64,000 nucleotides of DNA from Raja brachyura (lineage: Eukaryota), in contig OY740795.1 in the NCBI GenBank assembly GCA_963514005.1, positions 33,232,001 to 33,296,000 of the forward strand. Reading direction: 5' to 3'. Below, in pieces: positions 1 through 11,670 of this stretch. Every line of letters starts with the position of its first letter. Position 1 is the first letter of the stretch. A program made the position numbers and the translations under genes. Under the pieces are notes generated by a model. It did not search any database, was not told the origin of the DNA, and saw nothing but the letters and a program-made list of their open reading frames with translations.

Positions 1-1791
1 ATACGAAAGCTTAAAGAGCAACTTTTGGTCTGGACCTTTCAATTATTTTTCTTTGCAGCCAGCATTTTTATCTGTCTAATTTTATATTTAATAATCAAAT
101 CAGAATTTGTGTTTTTCTTCAGTTTGAATTTGTGCTACATCAACTTCTTTGCAACCCATCATGAATTAAAAGCAGCATAATCATTTCATGTTAATATAAT
201 AATGATATATTCACCATTTTAAAACAGTAAATTGATTTTGGAGTGAATATATTTGTCCAATTGCACAACATGCAAAATGCTATGGTATTAGCTGATGGGC
301 ATAGACTTCTTATTCCGAGAATGAAATATTATTAGTGAGCAGCAAAAATATCATTTACAGAAAGTATACAAACATAAGACAGTACACCAGGTGAAGCATT
401 TTATAGGACACTAGAGCTTTCAAAACCTCAAGAGTATTATTCTTCATGTGATGAAGTGGTTACATTCAATTCATTACCTGAAGAGACTTACAAGGGTTCA
501 GAAGTTAATGGACACTATAAAATGTCAATCTATCATAAGGTGATTACTTCCACACTATCTACAAAATAGTTGAAATTTGGGTTTAGCCATTGCATTATTT
601 AATAGATATATCTGCATAAGGATATGATAAATAACATTTTATGTTTGATATAAATGCATTATATAGATATAACTATATAATTCTGAAGGAATATATAAAT
701 AAAAATTTCCATTGTAAAAACTGAAAATTCTAAACAGTTAATTATGAAAAAATCCTGACTGCTTTTATGGCTTCAAGCCAGAATATAATGATGTGCATAA
801 ACTTGCAGGCCATGTTACGAACAAACTCATTTTTGTTCCATGGTGTCTCTGGGGCTTCTATCACGTTCACTCTCACTTTATTTCACTGTTGACATGTTTC
901 TGTTAACTGCATGTCATCTGCCTGACTTCGTTTTATGTGCGAGCTGTGGGATGCTTTTTCTCCCCCTTGCAAAAAAACAGCCTCTTTGAGTTGCAGCTAG
1001 TTTGTCATTATTCCCCCTCCTCTCCCTGTGCAGTTGTTATCTCTCATCTTTTCCAAGCTCAATTTTCCAGAGCTTTCTGAACCACCGCAAACCCACATTA
1101 TGGTTTATACATGATGCTGATCCCTTTGAAGGCGGCACATTTCAGAGCGGGCCCTAGTCAGGAGAAGCACCTTCAGCCAATTTACTAGGCTGAGGGGGCC
1201 CGAAGCTCTAACATCTCAATCTAACAAGGTCACAGGGTGGCACAAGTGAGTGTCAGCTATTGCTGTTTAATTGCCAGTCTATGCCTCTCTGCTGTGTTTA
1301 AAGTATAATGACCCATCACTTAATTCTAAGAAATCACTGCCCTACTGCTGGATGGAATATATATCAAAAGGTGTGCTCTGGCAGGGCATGGAGTCTACAT
1401 TTCCTATGGATGTCATACGAATAATACAGACGTGTTTTTCCATGACACGACTACCGCAGAAACGCCTTTTGTTCTTTTTTTTCCTCCTTACATCGGAATA
1501 ACTAATATATGGTCCTACAGAAAAAACTGCTAAGTCGTTTTAACTATTGCCTTCACGAGAATAAGGTCATGTTCCTTCACTGATAACGTGACCCCTATTT
1601 GTGGTGGAGGGGTGATGAAGGCGGGGATGGGGGGGGAGAATGAAAGGGGGGTAGGAGGAGGAAAGTGGAGGAGGTGCAATCCAAATTCAGCCATGTAAAA
1701 CAAGAAAGTAGCCTTGCGTCTTTCTCGTGCCATGTATCTATTAATCTCACAGCTGGTGCCTCACCTGACAGGTTATACCAATGTATAGGCA

Positions 1792-3440
1792 CAGTGCACT
1801 CCATAATGTTTGGGACAAACACCCATCATTTATTTATTTGCCTCTGTACGCCACAATTTGAGATTTGTAATTTAAAAAAAAAAATCACACGTGGTTAGTG
1901 CACATTGTCAGATTTTATTGAAGGGTATTTTTTAATACATTTTGGTTTCACCATGTAGAAATTACAGCTGTGTTTATACATAGTCCCCCCCATTTCAGGG
2001 CACCATAATGTTTGGGACACATGGCTTCACAGGCGTTTGTAATTGCTTAGGTGTGTTCAATTGCCTCCTTAATGCAGGTATAAAACAGCTCCCAGCACCT
2101 AGTTTTTCCTCCAGTCGTTCCATCACCTTTGGAAACTTTTATTGCTGTTTATTAACATGAGGAGCAAAGTTGTGTCAATGAAACTCAAAGAAGCCATTAA
2201 GAGACTGAGAAACAAGAATAAAGCTGTTAGAGACATCAGCCAAACCTTAGGCTTACCAAAATCATCTGTTTGGAACGTCATTTAGAAGAAAGAGAGCACC
2301 GGTGAGCTTACTAATCAGAAAGGGACAGGCAGACCAAGGAAGACCTCCACAGCTGATGACAGAAGAATTCTCTTTATGATTAAAAAAAATCTCCAAACAC
2401 CTGTCCAACAGATCAGAAACACGCTTCAGGAGTCAGGTGTGGGTTTGTCAATGACCACTGTCCACAGAAGACTTCATGAACATAAATACAGAGGCTGCAC
2501 TGCAAGGTGCAAACCACTGGTTAGCTGCAAAAATAGGATTGACAGGTTACTGTTTGCCAAGAAGTACTTAAAAGACCACAGTTCTGGTAAAAGGTCTTGT
2601 GGCCAGATGAGACGAAGATTAACTTATATCAGAGTGATGGCAAGAGCAAAGTATGGAGGCGAGAAGGAACTGCCCAAGATCCAAAGCATACCCTCTCATC
2701 TGTGAAACATGGTGGTGGGGGTGTTATGACCTGGGCATGTATGGCTGCTGAAGGTACTGGCTCACTTATCTTCATTGATGATACAGCTGCTGATGGTAGT
2801 AGCATAATTCTGAAGTGTATAGACACATCTTATCTGCTCAAGTTCAAACAAATGCCTCAAAACTCATTGGCCGGCGGTTCATTCTACAGCAAGACAATGA
2901 TCCCAAACTTACTGTTAAAGCAACAAAGGAGTTTTGCAAAGTTAAAAAATTGTCATTTTTGAATGGCCAAGTCAATTACCCGATCTGAACCCAATTGAGC
3001 ATGCCTTTTATATGCTGAAGAGAAAACTGAAGGGGACTAGCCCCCAAAACAAGCATAAGCTAAAGATGGCTGCAATACAGGCCTGGCAGAGCATCCCCAG
3101 AGAAGACACCCGGCAACTGGTGATGTCCATGAATCACAGACTTCAAGGAGTCATTGCATGCAAAGGATATGCAACAACATACTAAATATGACTACTTTCA
3201 TTTGCATGACATTGCTGTGTCCCAAACATTATGGTGCCCTGAAATGGGGGAACTATGTATAAATACTGCAGTAATTTCTACATGGTGAAACTAAAATGTA
3301 TAAAAATTTCCTTTATTAAAATCAGACAATGTGCACTTTAACCACATGTGATTTTTTTCTATTACAAATCTCAAATTGTGGAGTACAGAGGCAAATCAAT
3401 AAATGATGGATCTTTGTACCAAACATTATGGAGGGCACTG
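1792..3440 (+). mobile_element. Tc1-family DNA transposon (IR/DR type), near full length, decayed
   Basis: ~230-bp terminal inverted repeats (CAGTGCACTCCATAATGTTTGGGAC ... CCAAACATTATGGAGGGCACTG) with the CCATAATGTTTGGGACA motif repeated at the inner end of each TIR. Transposase fragments are in ORFs 2376..2705 and 2597..2962. Confidence 0.97.
2158..3185 (+). pseudogene. Disrupted Tc1 transposase
   Basis: ATG at 2158. Motifs W.DETKINL, VKHGGGGVM.W.CM, QDNDP and WPSQ.PDLNPIE are spread over several frames by stops and frameshifts. Confidence 0.92.
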
Positions 3441-6400
3441 AATAACCAATGTATAGGTATACCTGTTAGGTAAAAAAAAGTAATTTTAAACATTGCTAAC
3501 GCATTCTTTTTTATCCTGGTATTCCACCATAAATATTTTTGCTGTTCTGCTAAACTACTGGATTGTTTTTGTGTTTAAAGTATCTTAATTTGTCCTGCCC
3601 CTATCAAAAGCTGTGCTTTCACAAATGCATCTACTTAGTCCCCAGAGATGGCAAGCCTTGCTAATAATCTATGCTAATTTAATTAACAACTATCATCAAA
3701 ATGCATTAGCTGTTTCAGCCCATCAGGAAAGTCTAACCCTCCACCAATTAAATTAGCTGAACTCTAAATCAGATAAACAGAAAATAAACCCATCATTAGG
3801 AGCAATTAGTGATTGCTTAAATACAGTGCCATGGAGTAGTTTGTAAATATACTTGTAGCCACTGGGAAATTAGCTGGTACTACAATAATTGGGACTGTGC
3901 TGTACAGTCAGAGCCCCTATCAAAACAGTAGCTTCCAGAGTGCTGAACATCAGTCTCCAACAGCTTTGATGTGTCATCATTTACCACTTCCTTTGATTAG
4001 TTTATTTTGTTTGTGTTTATAGTATGTGTACGGACATTAATATTGTACGGAGTGGTGGGATCTAGTGTGGAACTGCTGATATGCTGTAAACCTCAATAGA
4101 GAAATGCTATCCAGCATGGCAGCTACTACAGCTAGTTAAAATTAGGCACAGATTTACAATGCCTCATAACTTTTTTATTTCACCTTCAGTATTGCTAAAT
4201 ACCTATTTAAAATTTACACAGCTAGCTGGCTCAATTAATCTTGTTAAAATTATTGCATTTTTCCATTACTATGGCCTAGTTATTGCTACAATATAAGTTT
4301 ACCAATTCCATAATTGTATCCAAGCTTGGAGGCATAATTCGTCATTTTGGGCTCCATATTCCAGGGCTAAATGAGAGTTCCACATAGGGCTGGATGTTCT
4401 CAATTACGCAGTTTAATGATGCAAGCCAGGAAGTTTTGTTTTATTTCGATCTAAAACAATATTGGGGATTTTTTAAATTCATTGAAAATTATTTGTTTGT
4501 TTTATTATGTTATCGATCGAGTGCTGTGTTTACAGACCTGTTACACTGCTGCAAGAAAGAATTGCATTGGTCTGTTTTGGTACACATGTCAATTAAACAC
4601 CCTTGACTCGTGAGCAGCAAGAGTAATAGAAAATCAAATTGGTAAAGGCAATGACTGCAATAGCGATAGATTCATTGCAAGCACATATGTAATGGAGGAC
4701 CACAATGAATCAAATTCCTGGAGTGACACTGCTGTTGCAGTTACTCATGAACCCTGGATTTTGTGTTCTCTGAAAGTTCACATTTAACATTTGTTTGGGC
4801 TTCATATTAGAAGGTAACAGTGGATGTAAGTTTAGCAGTTCCTCGTGTCTGGACATTTAGCAGCTGACCTGAGCATGGTATTGGGTAAGCCACAGCTCAT
4901 TGCCATCACTGGGCCCCTCTATTAAATGCTTAAAATATGGTGTCTAATTCATAATATTTAGTCTTAGCCTCAAAAGACAACTAAAAATATAGTCAGTGAG
5001 CTGTTGAGGTAGGATTCTGTAAACATTTTACAGAAGACTGTTACGAGAAAGCTTTGTCCGTTAGTTGATATAAGCCAGCCAAATGACACACAGATTGAGC
5101 GAAGAATGCGACTACAATAAGCTTGTGCTTGTGCATCATGATGACAATACACATTTAAGAGCATGCCATCTTGATAATTCTGCCTGTTCCACTTGTTAAC
5201 TCCTTTGGTGGCTCCAGGTGTTTAAGGATACAATACATAGGTCAGGACCACTGAGGTGCTACACAGCACAAACTAATAGAAGGCATAAAAGGATGGCCAA
5301 ATGGATAGTTCTGAACCTAATTTAATTCCCAATCCCTAATCTTTCAATTTGTGAATTGACACTGAGAATGTGTTGTACATGCCTGGTCAAGGACATGCAA
5401 TAGCTTTTAACAGCCTGCTTTTATTACCGAGCAGATTCCAAAGGAAATGGTTTTACTCTGATTAGGTTGCAAACAGCTCTGAAGTCACATGACAGCTTGC
5501 TTCCAGATTAACGATAAACCAACTACACAGTCAAAACTCCATGTAGTTTAAAAGTTGTGATTGCTTCTGGCTGCATACACTCCATAATACAGTTGATTTG
5601 TTCCACTGTGCCCCAATGTGAAAACTACCCATGGGGGCTGGGCTGACACCACTTTTAAAGGAGATGCACCACATCCAAGGAAGCACGTGCTTCCTTATTT
5701 ATATATACAACTTAGCCATTAAAAGCACTTTCACAGCAGTAAAAGGATAGTAGTTAGCTAAACTGAACAAAATATTAAGAACAGACCCACATCAGAAAGA
5801 ATAATGTGATTAGGTAATTGTGAAAACTGATGCTCTGTAGCTGGTAGTATGTTAACACCTATTCTACAATTAACATGTCAGGCTCAGGGACAAAACAACG
5901 GGACAGCTCAGAGGTGAACGCTGGCGAGTTCTGAATCTTGATTCTCAATGAGAAATTGTTCTATTTTTACTTCACATTCATTTGCAAATTTTCATTTTGT
6001 TGTCTATACAGAGCAATCTTATTTATTGGCTTCTAAACGCAAATGTTTTCGATAACTCAAACCACTTTTTAACCCAAATTTCCTAAATTGGTGCAGCAAC
6101 AAGTAGGTTCACCAAATTATTTAGTTCACTGCACAATTCTCTGAAATTAAGGGGTACCTCTATTATGCAAGCCCAATGCAATCATTTCTCTTCAGAGAGA
6201 ATTAATATAGCCAAGGAACTCATCGTTTAGAATAATACTGTGATCATGAAAGTGGCTTGGATTGGTTATATTCACTATTTTGAATGTCCCATTTTAGAGA
6301 TCTGTCTTGCCGTCAATATTATGGATGCTGTTTTTTTCCCACATTACTCTGTGCCACACGGCCAAAGAAGGGAAAGGTAACAACGCCAACCAATGTGATT

Positions 6401-6549
6401 GTTTGTCCGTAGGAAGTTTTAAAAAAAAACATAACTTCACATTTTAAATTGAAGAACTTCTCAGCATCCGATGTCCATCAGCTGCCTTTCTAACAACTTC
6501 CATCAAAATAATGAGTTTATATTTTGAAGCCAATAACTGTACAGAACAG

Positions 6550-6597
6550 TCTCTTCCCCATCTGCACCTTAAATCTCTTCCCCATCTGCACCTTAAA
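6550..6597. repeat. Perfect 24-bp tandem duplication
   Basis: TCTCTTCCCCATCTGCACCTTAAA x2. Confidence 0.95.
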
Positions 6598-7872
6598 GCT
6601 GTGCAACCAATTGTTGGGAGGCAAAAATGTTCAAGAATTAATTTACTTATTTTACTTCCTGCATTTTGTTGTGCTGACAGAATCAATTATTTATTGTTCC
6701 CCAGTCAGTGCCAAATTTAAAAGTGGAAAATAATGTGCATGGGCAAATTTAAGTCAACAAGGCTCCAAGCTTATCAAAAATAAAGACTGGTTTCATTCCA
6801 GCTGGAACCAGATCTCAAGCGGAGACAAGAGTTTAAGCCCTACCCATGTCTGCACCACAGACTCCTGTGTCCCCAACAACTTCAGGTCACACCACCCAAA
6901 CCGTACATGGGGAGTACAAGTTGTTGTGGAGGGTAAGTGTGGAGGGGAATGACAAACTTGAATTTTGAGATATGTTAGCTAAAGATCTACCAAGATCGCA
7001 AAATACATAATCAATTAAGAGATGCAGATGTCTATTGAGTGGAACTAATCACAGTGAATGTTTCACAATGTCTCCCCTTCTCTAAGCCCAAAGACCCTCA
7101 TTTTGACCACGTCTAATGAAGTATTTGCTGCTAACTGCTGTAAATGCCTACTTTGGAACATTAATGTCTATGATGTATATTGTGTCTCTTACACTGCTGC
7201 CTATTGGCTCAATGGAAAGAACTGCACGCCTCCAAGTGGAAGAGTACACTTCCGATTACTACTTTTTCAGTAATTCCATGTTAAAGTGGCCTTGAACCTG
7301 TGATGCAAGAATGAAGATTATTGCTCTCTGAACTGACTTACTGTGGCTCAAGTAGCGATAAGTGACTCTGCCCACTGGGTATAATAAATATTAACTGTGT
7401 TTTGCTGTCTGCAAGTGCTAAAACATTGTCCCTCGGGCTCCAACATTGATGTAAAGTGCGTAATAATTGCGGCACGCTCTTGACACTTCCGTATTCCCTT
7501 GAGGACAATATTTTACCACTTACAGTCTTGAAAAGCAGTCAATATTTGTGTACATTATAAATGACCTCCCCTCACAATAATACTGCAGCAAAGGCTCCAT
7601 CCCAAATGCCATACTTGCAGCTTCATTCATGGTGTGTTATTTACTTATGGAATGGCTTTCAGCTTGTTTGTTTCCCACAAAATCAATGTAAGTGCCACAT
7701 GGCAAATGTTTATTCAGAAACAAGGCACAAAGTTAGAAATGGCAATGCATGGCCTCACTGAACAAAAGCAAATGGGAAACTGATTAAAGCAAGTGCAATT
7801 GAGAAAATGGCTTTAGGTTATTGGCTTGAAATAAAAAATAGAGCTTATTGCCACCAAACCAAGTGTACCCAC

Positions 7873-7959
7873 CTTGACATGGAAGCATTGACGGTGAGTG
7901 CAGTGGGATAAGGGTGCCGAAACCCGCCTGTTGTGATCGGGTAAACTGGTTGACCTTGC
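7873..7959 (-). CDS. TCF7L2: TCF7L2 internal coding exon (87 bp)
   Basis: ttctttttcag|GCAAGGTCAA...ATGTCAAG|gtgggt. Translates QGQPVYPITTGGFRHPYPTALTVNASMS(R); visible inside ORF 7845..8069. Phase 2 at both ends. Confidence 0.98.
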
Positions 7960-8568
7960 CTGAAAAAGAAAAAGAGAAAAAAAAAAATAACTGGAAACTT
8001 CTGCTCTTGTGAGCTTGCTCTCATTTGAACCAGAACAAAAAATGTTGTTGATTGCACAGCCAGGATCAAAGGACGTAAATAAAGAACAATTTTAATGTGC
8101 TAAATCTGATAGAACCAGCTAATTAAATTTTATAACGTCTGCTAATGTCAACAGAGACCTTCTCCCCAAGCTAAAGCTAGGTGTTTTGTTGTGATAATTA
8201 AAGACGATGCAGCATTTGCTTTAATGGAGCCATCACAATAATTGAGGGCTACAGATCCAAAGGAAAACAATAATGAATGTAAATTTATACCAAAATAAAA
8301 TACATCAAATCAAAGAGCCGCTGTTCTGCTTTGGGCCTCTTTTGGTATTTAGAACTCAGTAAGAAAACATTAAATTAACAGTCCTTAATTTGTAGCCTTT
8401 TGTCATAGTAACCAGGCTTGGCAGGTGTTGCCAAGGGAGAAGCCCAAATAAATATGTGGGTACCCAGTAGCCAATCACAGCTCATTACAATAATTGGACA
8501 ATACAGTAACTTACAAAATTCTACAAGAATTAAAGGAATAAAAAGAAAAAAGAAATGGAACTGCTTAC

Positions 8569-8671
8569 TGTGGTACTAACCATCCTAGTGGATGGGGGAT
8601 TTGGCCGACAGCGCCAGGTGAGAGTGGGTAATAAGGAGAGATGTCTGAAGGATGTGGAGGTCTAGGAATAC
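8569..8671 (-). CDS. TCF7L2: TCF7L2 internal coding exon (103 bp with LVPQ; 91 bp, ending at 8581, without)
   Basis: ttttcttcctag|GTATTCCT...GGATG|GTTAGTACCACA|gtaagc. Translates (G)[30 protein letters not shown][LVPQ]. Two donors 12 nt apart; phases match both neighbouring exons. Confidence 0.98.
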
Positions 8672-9380
8672 CTAGGAAGAAAAACAAAATACAACAAAAT
8701 TAATTCTCAAAAGTGTAAGGTACTAAAAAAAAGCCTTAACATTTATATGCGTGGATACGCCATTGCTCATTTACTTTCATGTTTCCAATTATGCCAACCG
8801 ATAAATTAAGATTGCAAGTCAACCCTTCAACAATCTGTCTGAGACATCATTATTTGTTACAGCTCAACATTTTTTTAAATTTTTTTTTTAAAAGAGTAAT
8901 TATTGCAATGTTTCTCTAATTCTTAAGCTCAAAGGCAACCTACTTCTGTGCCTTACTAACACAACATTCAATTAGAAGATAAAATGCAATTATATTGCAT
9001 CTTTGATACATTTGACATAATTGTAAGGAATCACCAGGCTCTTCAGAATTGAGGACAAACTTTCACACAAATCTGAATCGAAAATATTCCCACAAAACAA
9101 GGTAGTCTCATTTGATCTTTACCACAGCTTTAGCTTTTGAAATCTAGTCTCCAGGAATTAATTTAACACTTCTGCAAACTACCTTAAAAAATGTGTACTT
9201 TTAGCACTTTCTATTACACAATTGGACTCCCACAAGTCTCATTCTTGTAATTCACTTCATGGGTTCTCTAAAAGAGACTTTTATCAGCTCCAGCCCAACA
9301 CATGGACTACTCGATGAGCTGGCTGCAACTAGCCCAGGAATTAGATTGCACCCCTTTTTGGTGCATTCAGAGAGTTTCAA

Positions 9381-9610
9381 GCAGAGAGTTGTGAATCTGT
9401 GGAATTCTCTGCCTCAAAAAGGCAGTGGAGGCCAATTCGCTGGATGCTTTCAAGAGAGAGTTAGAGCTCTTTAAGATAGCTTAGTAACGGGATATGGGGA
9501 GAAGGCAGGAACGGGGTACTGATTGTGGATGATCAACCATGATCACAGTGAATGGCGGTGCTGGCTTGAAGGGCCGAATGGCCTACTCCTGCACCTATTG
9601 TCTAGTGTCT
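9381..9610 (+). mobile_element. CR1-type LINE 3' fragment
   Basis: Encodes QRVVNLWNSLPQ; 3' UTR ...GAAGGGCCGAATGGCCTACTCCTGCACCTATTGTCT is shared with other copies in the window. Confidence 0.9.
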
Positions 9611-10519
9611 AAAAAAAGGTGATTAATTTTCCATAATATCAAATGAGTGCTTTTTTTTATAAAGCTGTCACTAAATTGGGACACCGCACTTTAAAAGCTT
9701 GCTTTCATGGTTTTCTTCTGTTAAAGTCAAATCACACTTTTACCAATAGCAGCAATTTCAACTCACACACAGAGAATGGGGGTGGAAATTGTCATAGCTG
9801 CGGGGAGAGCAAGTTGTGGAGAGGCAAGAGAAACAGTGTTGGGGAGTGCAAAGATGCCCAGCCAGAATTAAATCATGTCCCTTCAAGGACCATTCAGTCT
9901 GGTTTCTGGCCATATTCTCTCTGGTTTGCAGTATACGGACCATAAAGGCCATGAGTTGTAATTGATGCTATAACTATTAGGGAGTATGAAAAAAAAGGTG
10001 CTGTGTACATTTAAGGCATCATCGCATACAAGATATAAGCAATGACTATCGGGGACAATTTCTCTGTCCAATTTACCAATGGGCCGGGCAGGTGCCGGAA
10101 AGAGGCACAAATACCAAAATAACCTTCACTTTTAAAACTAAAAGATGCAGCTGTTTCTCCCTGTAATCCACATTCTTAGCTTCCACTTGTATTAATTATC
10201 AGTAACATTTAAAATAAGCCTTTATTTCAAATACGTAGTGGTCTATAACTACCTTAGGTCACTTGGGGATTGCTTTTCACAGCCTGCATTAATATAGGAT
10301 TTTTTCCCCCTCCATACCGTCATCACATCGAGTCCCACAGCTCTACTAACATTGTATCTTGTTGGTAGCATATCCAATGACTCGTCTCTACATGCAACAC
10401 AAATGCCAATCCTTCTTCATGATTGGGACATCATATTCCCCTTTCCAACTCACATCCCACTCTTCAATTATTCCCACTCTTTCACACCCCATTCCAAGAA
10501 GTGCTGCCACATTCTTTGT

Positions 10520-10685
10520 CTCTACGTTATTTGGTTATCTGTTGTAGTACTTTAATTTTCTTTTGCACTATAATTCTTGCACATGTCGTTGCATTTATCA
10601 TTACAGAATGCATACCGTTACTCTGTGAGCTTTATGTGAACAGGGAATGCCATTGCACCCTGGTGTATACAAAAATAAACTAGTC
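10520..10685 (+). mobile_element. Degenerate LINE 3' tail (Rex1/Babar-like)
   Basis: ...GAATGCCATTGCACCCTGGTGTATACAAAAATAAAC resembles the reverse complement of the tails at about 16300 and 50250. Confidence 0.45.
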
Positions 10686-11388
10686 TGAAGCTTTGCCCCT
10701 ACTGTGAAGAAAAACAACCTTTTCATTAACCATATATCATTCTTAATTTGATGCCATTCAAATCCTTCCTGCCCGCCATTACTGCATTTTTATACTCATT
10801 TATTTTTAATATGTGCATCGCACATTAAAATTATTCTAGTACATCACATGATTAGATGCAAAACCAAACCTAAAATTTGCTGATGACACCTGCCTGGAGC
10901 TACAGATTTACAAGTACCATGGTCTAAATGGCGTTACAACTTTGTAATCAGTTCCACTTCCAAAAGCATCTTAATAAACTATCAAGGAACAGTATCTCAA
11001 CTTACAACAGGACTTACAACATTCAATCAATTCAGCTAGTAATTCCACTATTCCCATTTACCTATCTTCTGAATGCACCTCTTTATTCCTCCCCCCCCCC
11101 CCCCGTTAAACCATTTAATTTCAATCCCTCCAACTCTTCTTTTTACCTCCTCCCACCTTTCCACCTATCTTGCCTCTCTGATTTTTCTGCCCTACTCTGA
11201 TGAAAGGTCATCAACATGAAGTGTTAGCTGTATTTCCCCCTCCACTAGCTTGCCTGACCAGCTGTTTATTGGCAGCATTTTCAGTTTTAATTTCAGATTT
11301 CTAGCTAGCAATATTTTGTTTTTAGAAACACATGGAAAAAGGACAGAAAATAGAGGAAACATTCAGCAGGTCAGGCAGCATCTGGCAA

Positions 11389-11670
11389 CGGGGTGGAACA
11401 GTGGCAGAATTGCTGCCAGAGAGTCCTGGGTTTGATCATGACTACCCTTGCTGTCTGTATGGAGTTTGTATGTTCTCCCTGCGTCCACGTGGGTTTCTTT
11501 CCACTCTCCAAAGATGCACAGGTTTGTAATTTAATCGTCTTTGGTAAAATTGTAAATTATCCCTAGTGTGCAGGATAGTGCTAGTCAGTGTACGGGGTGA
11601 TCGCTGGTTGACGTGTGCTCAGTGGGCCAAAGGGCCCGTTTCCACACTGTATTTCGAAAGTCTAAAACTA
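11389..11670 (+). mobile_element. tRNA-derived V-SINE (HE1-like), inserted into an older Penelope-derived short repeat
   Basis: Degenerate A/B boxes, central TGTATGGAGTTTGTATGTTCTCCC...GTGGGTTT domain and CR1-like tail GGGCCAAAGGGCCCGTTTCCACACTGTA. The flanks 11350-11388 and 11671-11712 join into one older repeat. Confidence 0.85.

Noticed and set aside
1530-1733. Proline-rich minus-strand ORF (HFPPPTPLSFSPPIPAFITPPP) as the next TCF7L2 exon
   Set aside because: It does not match the expected RFPPHMVPPHH...GIPHPAIV sequence; the prolines come from a G-rich low-complexity patch.
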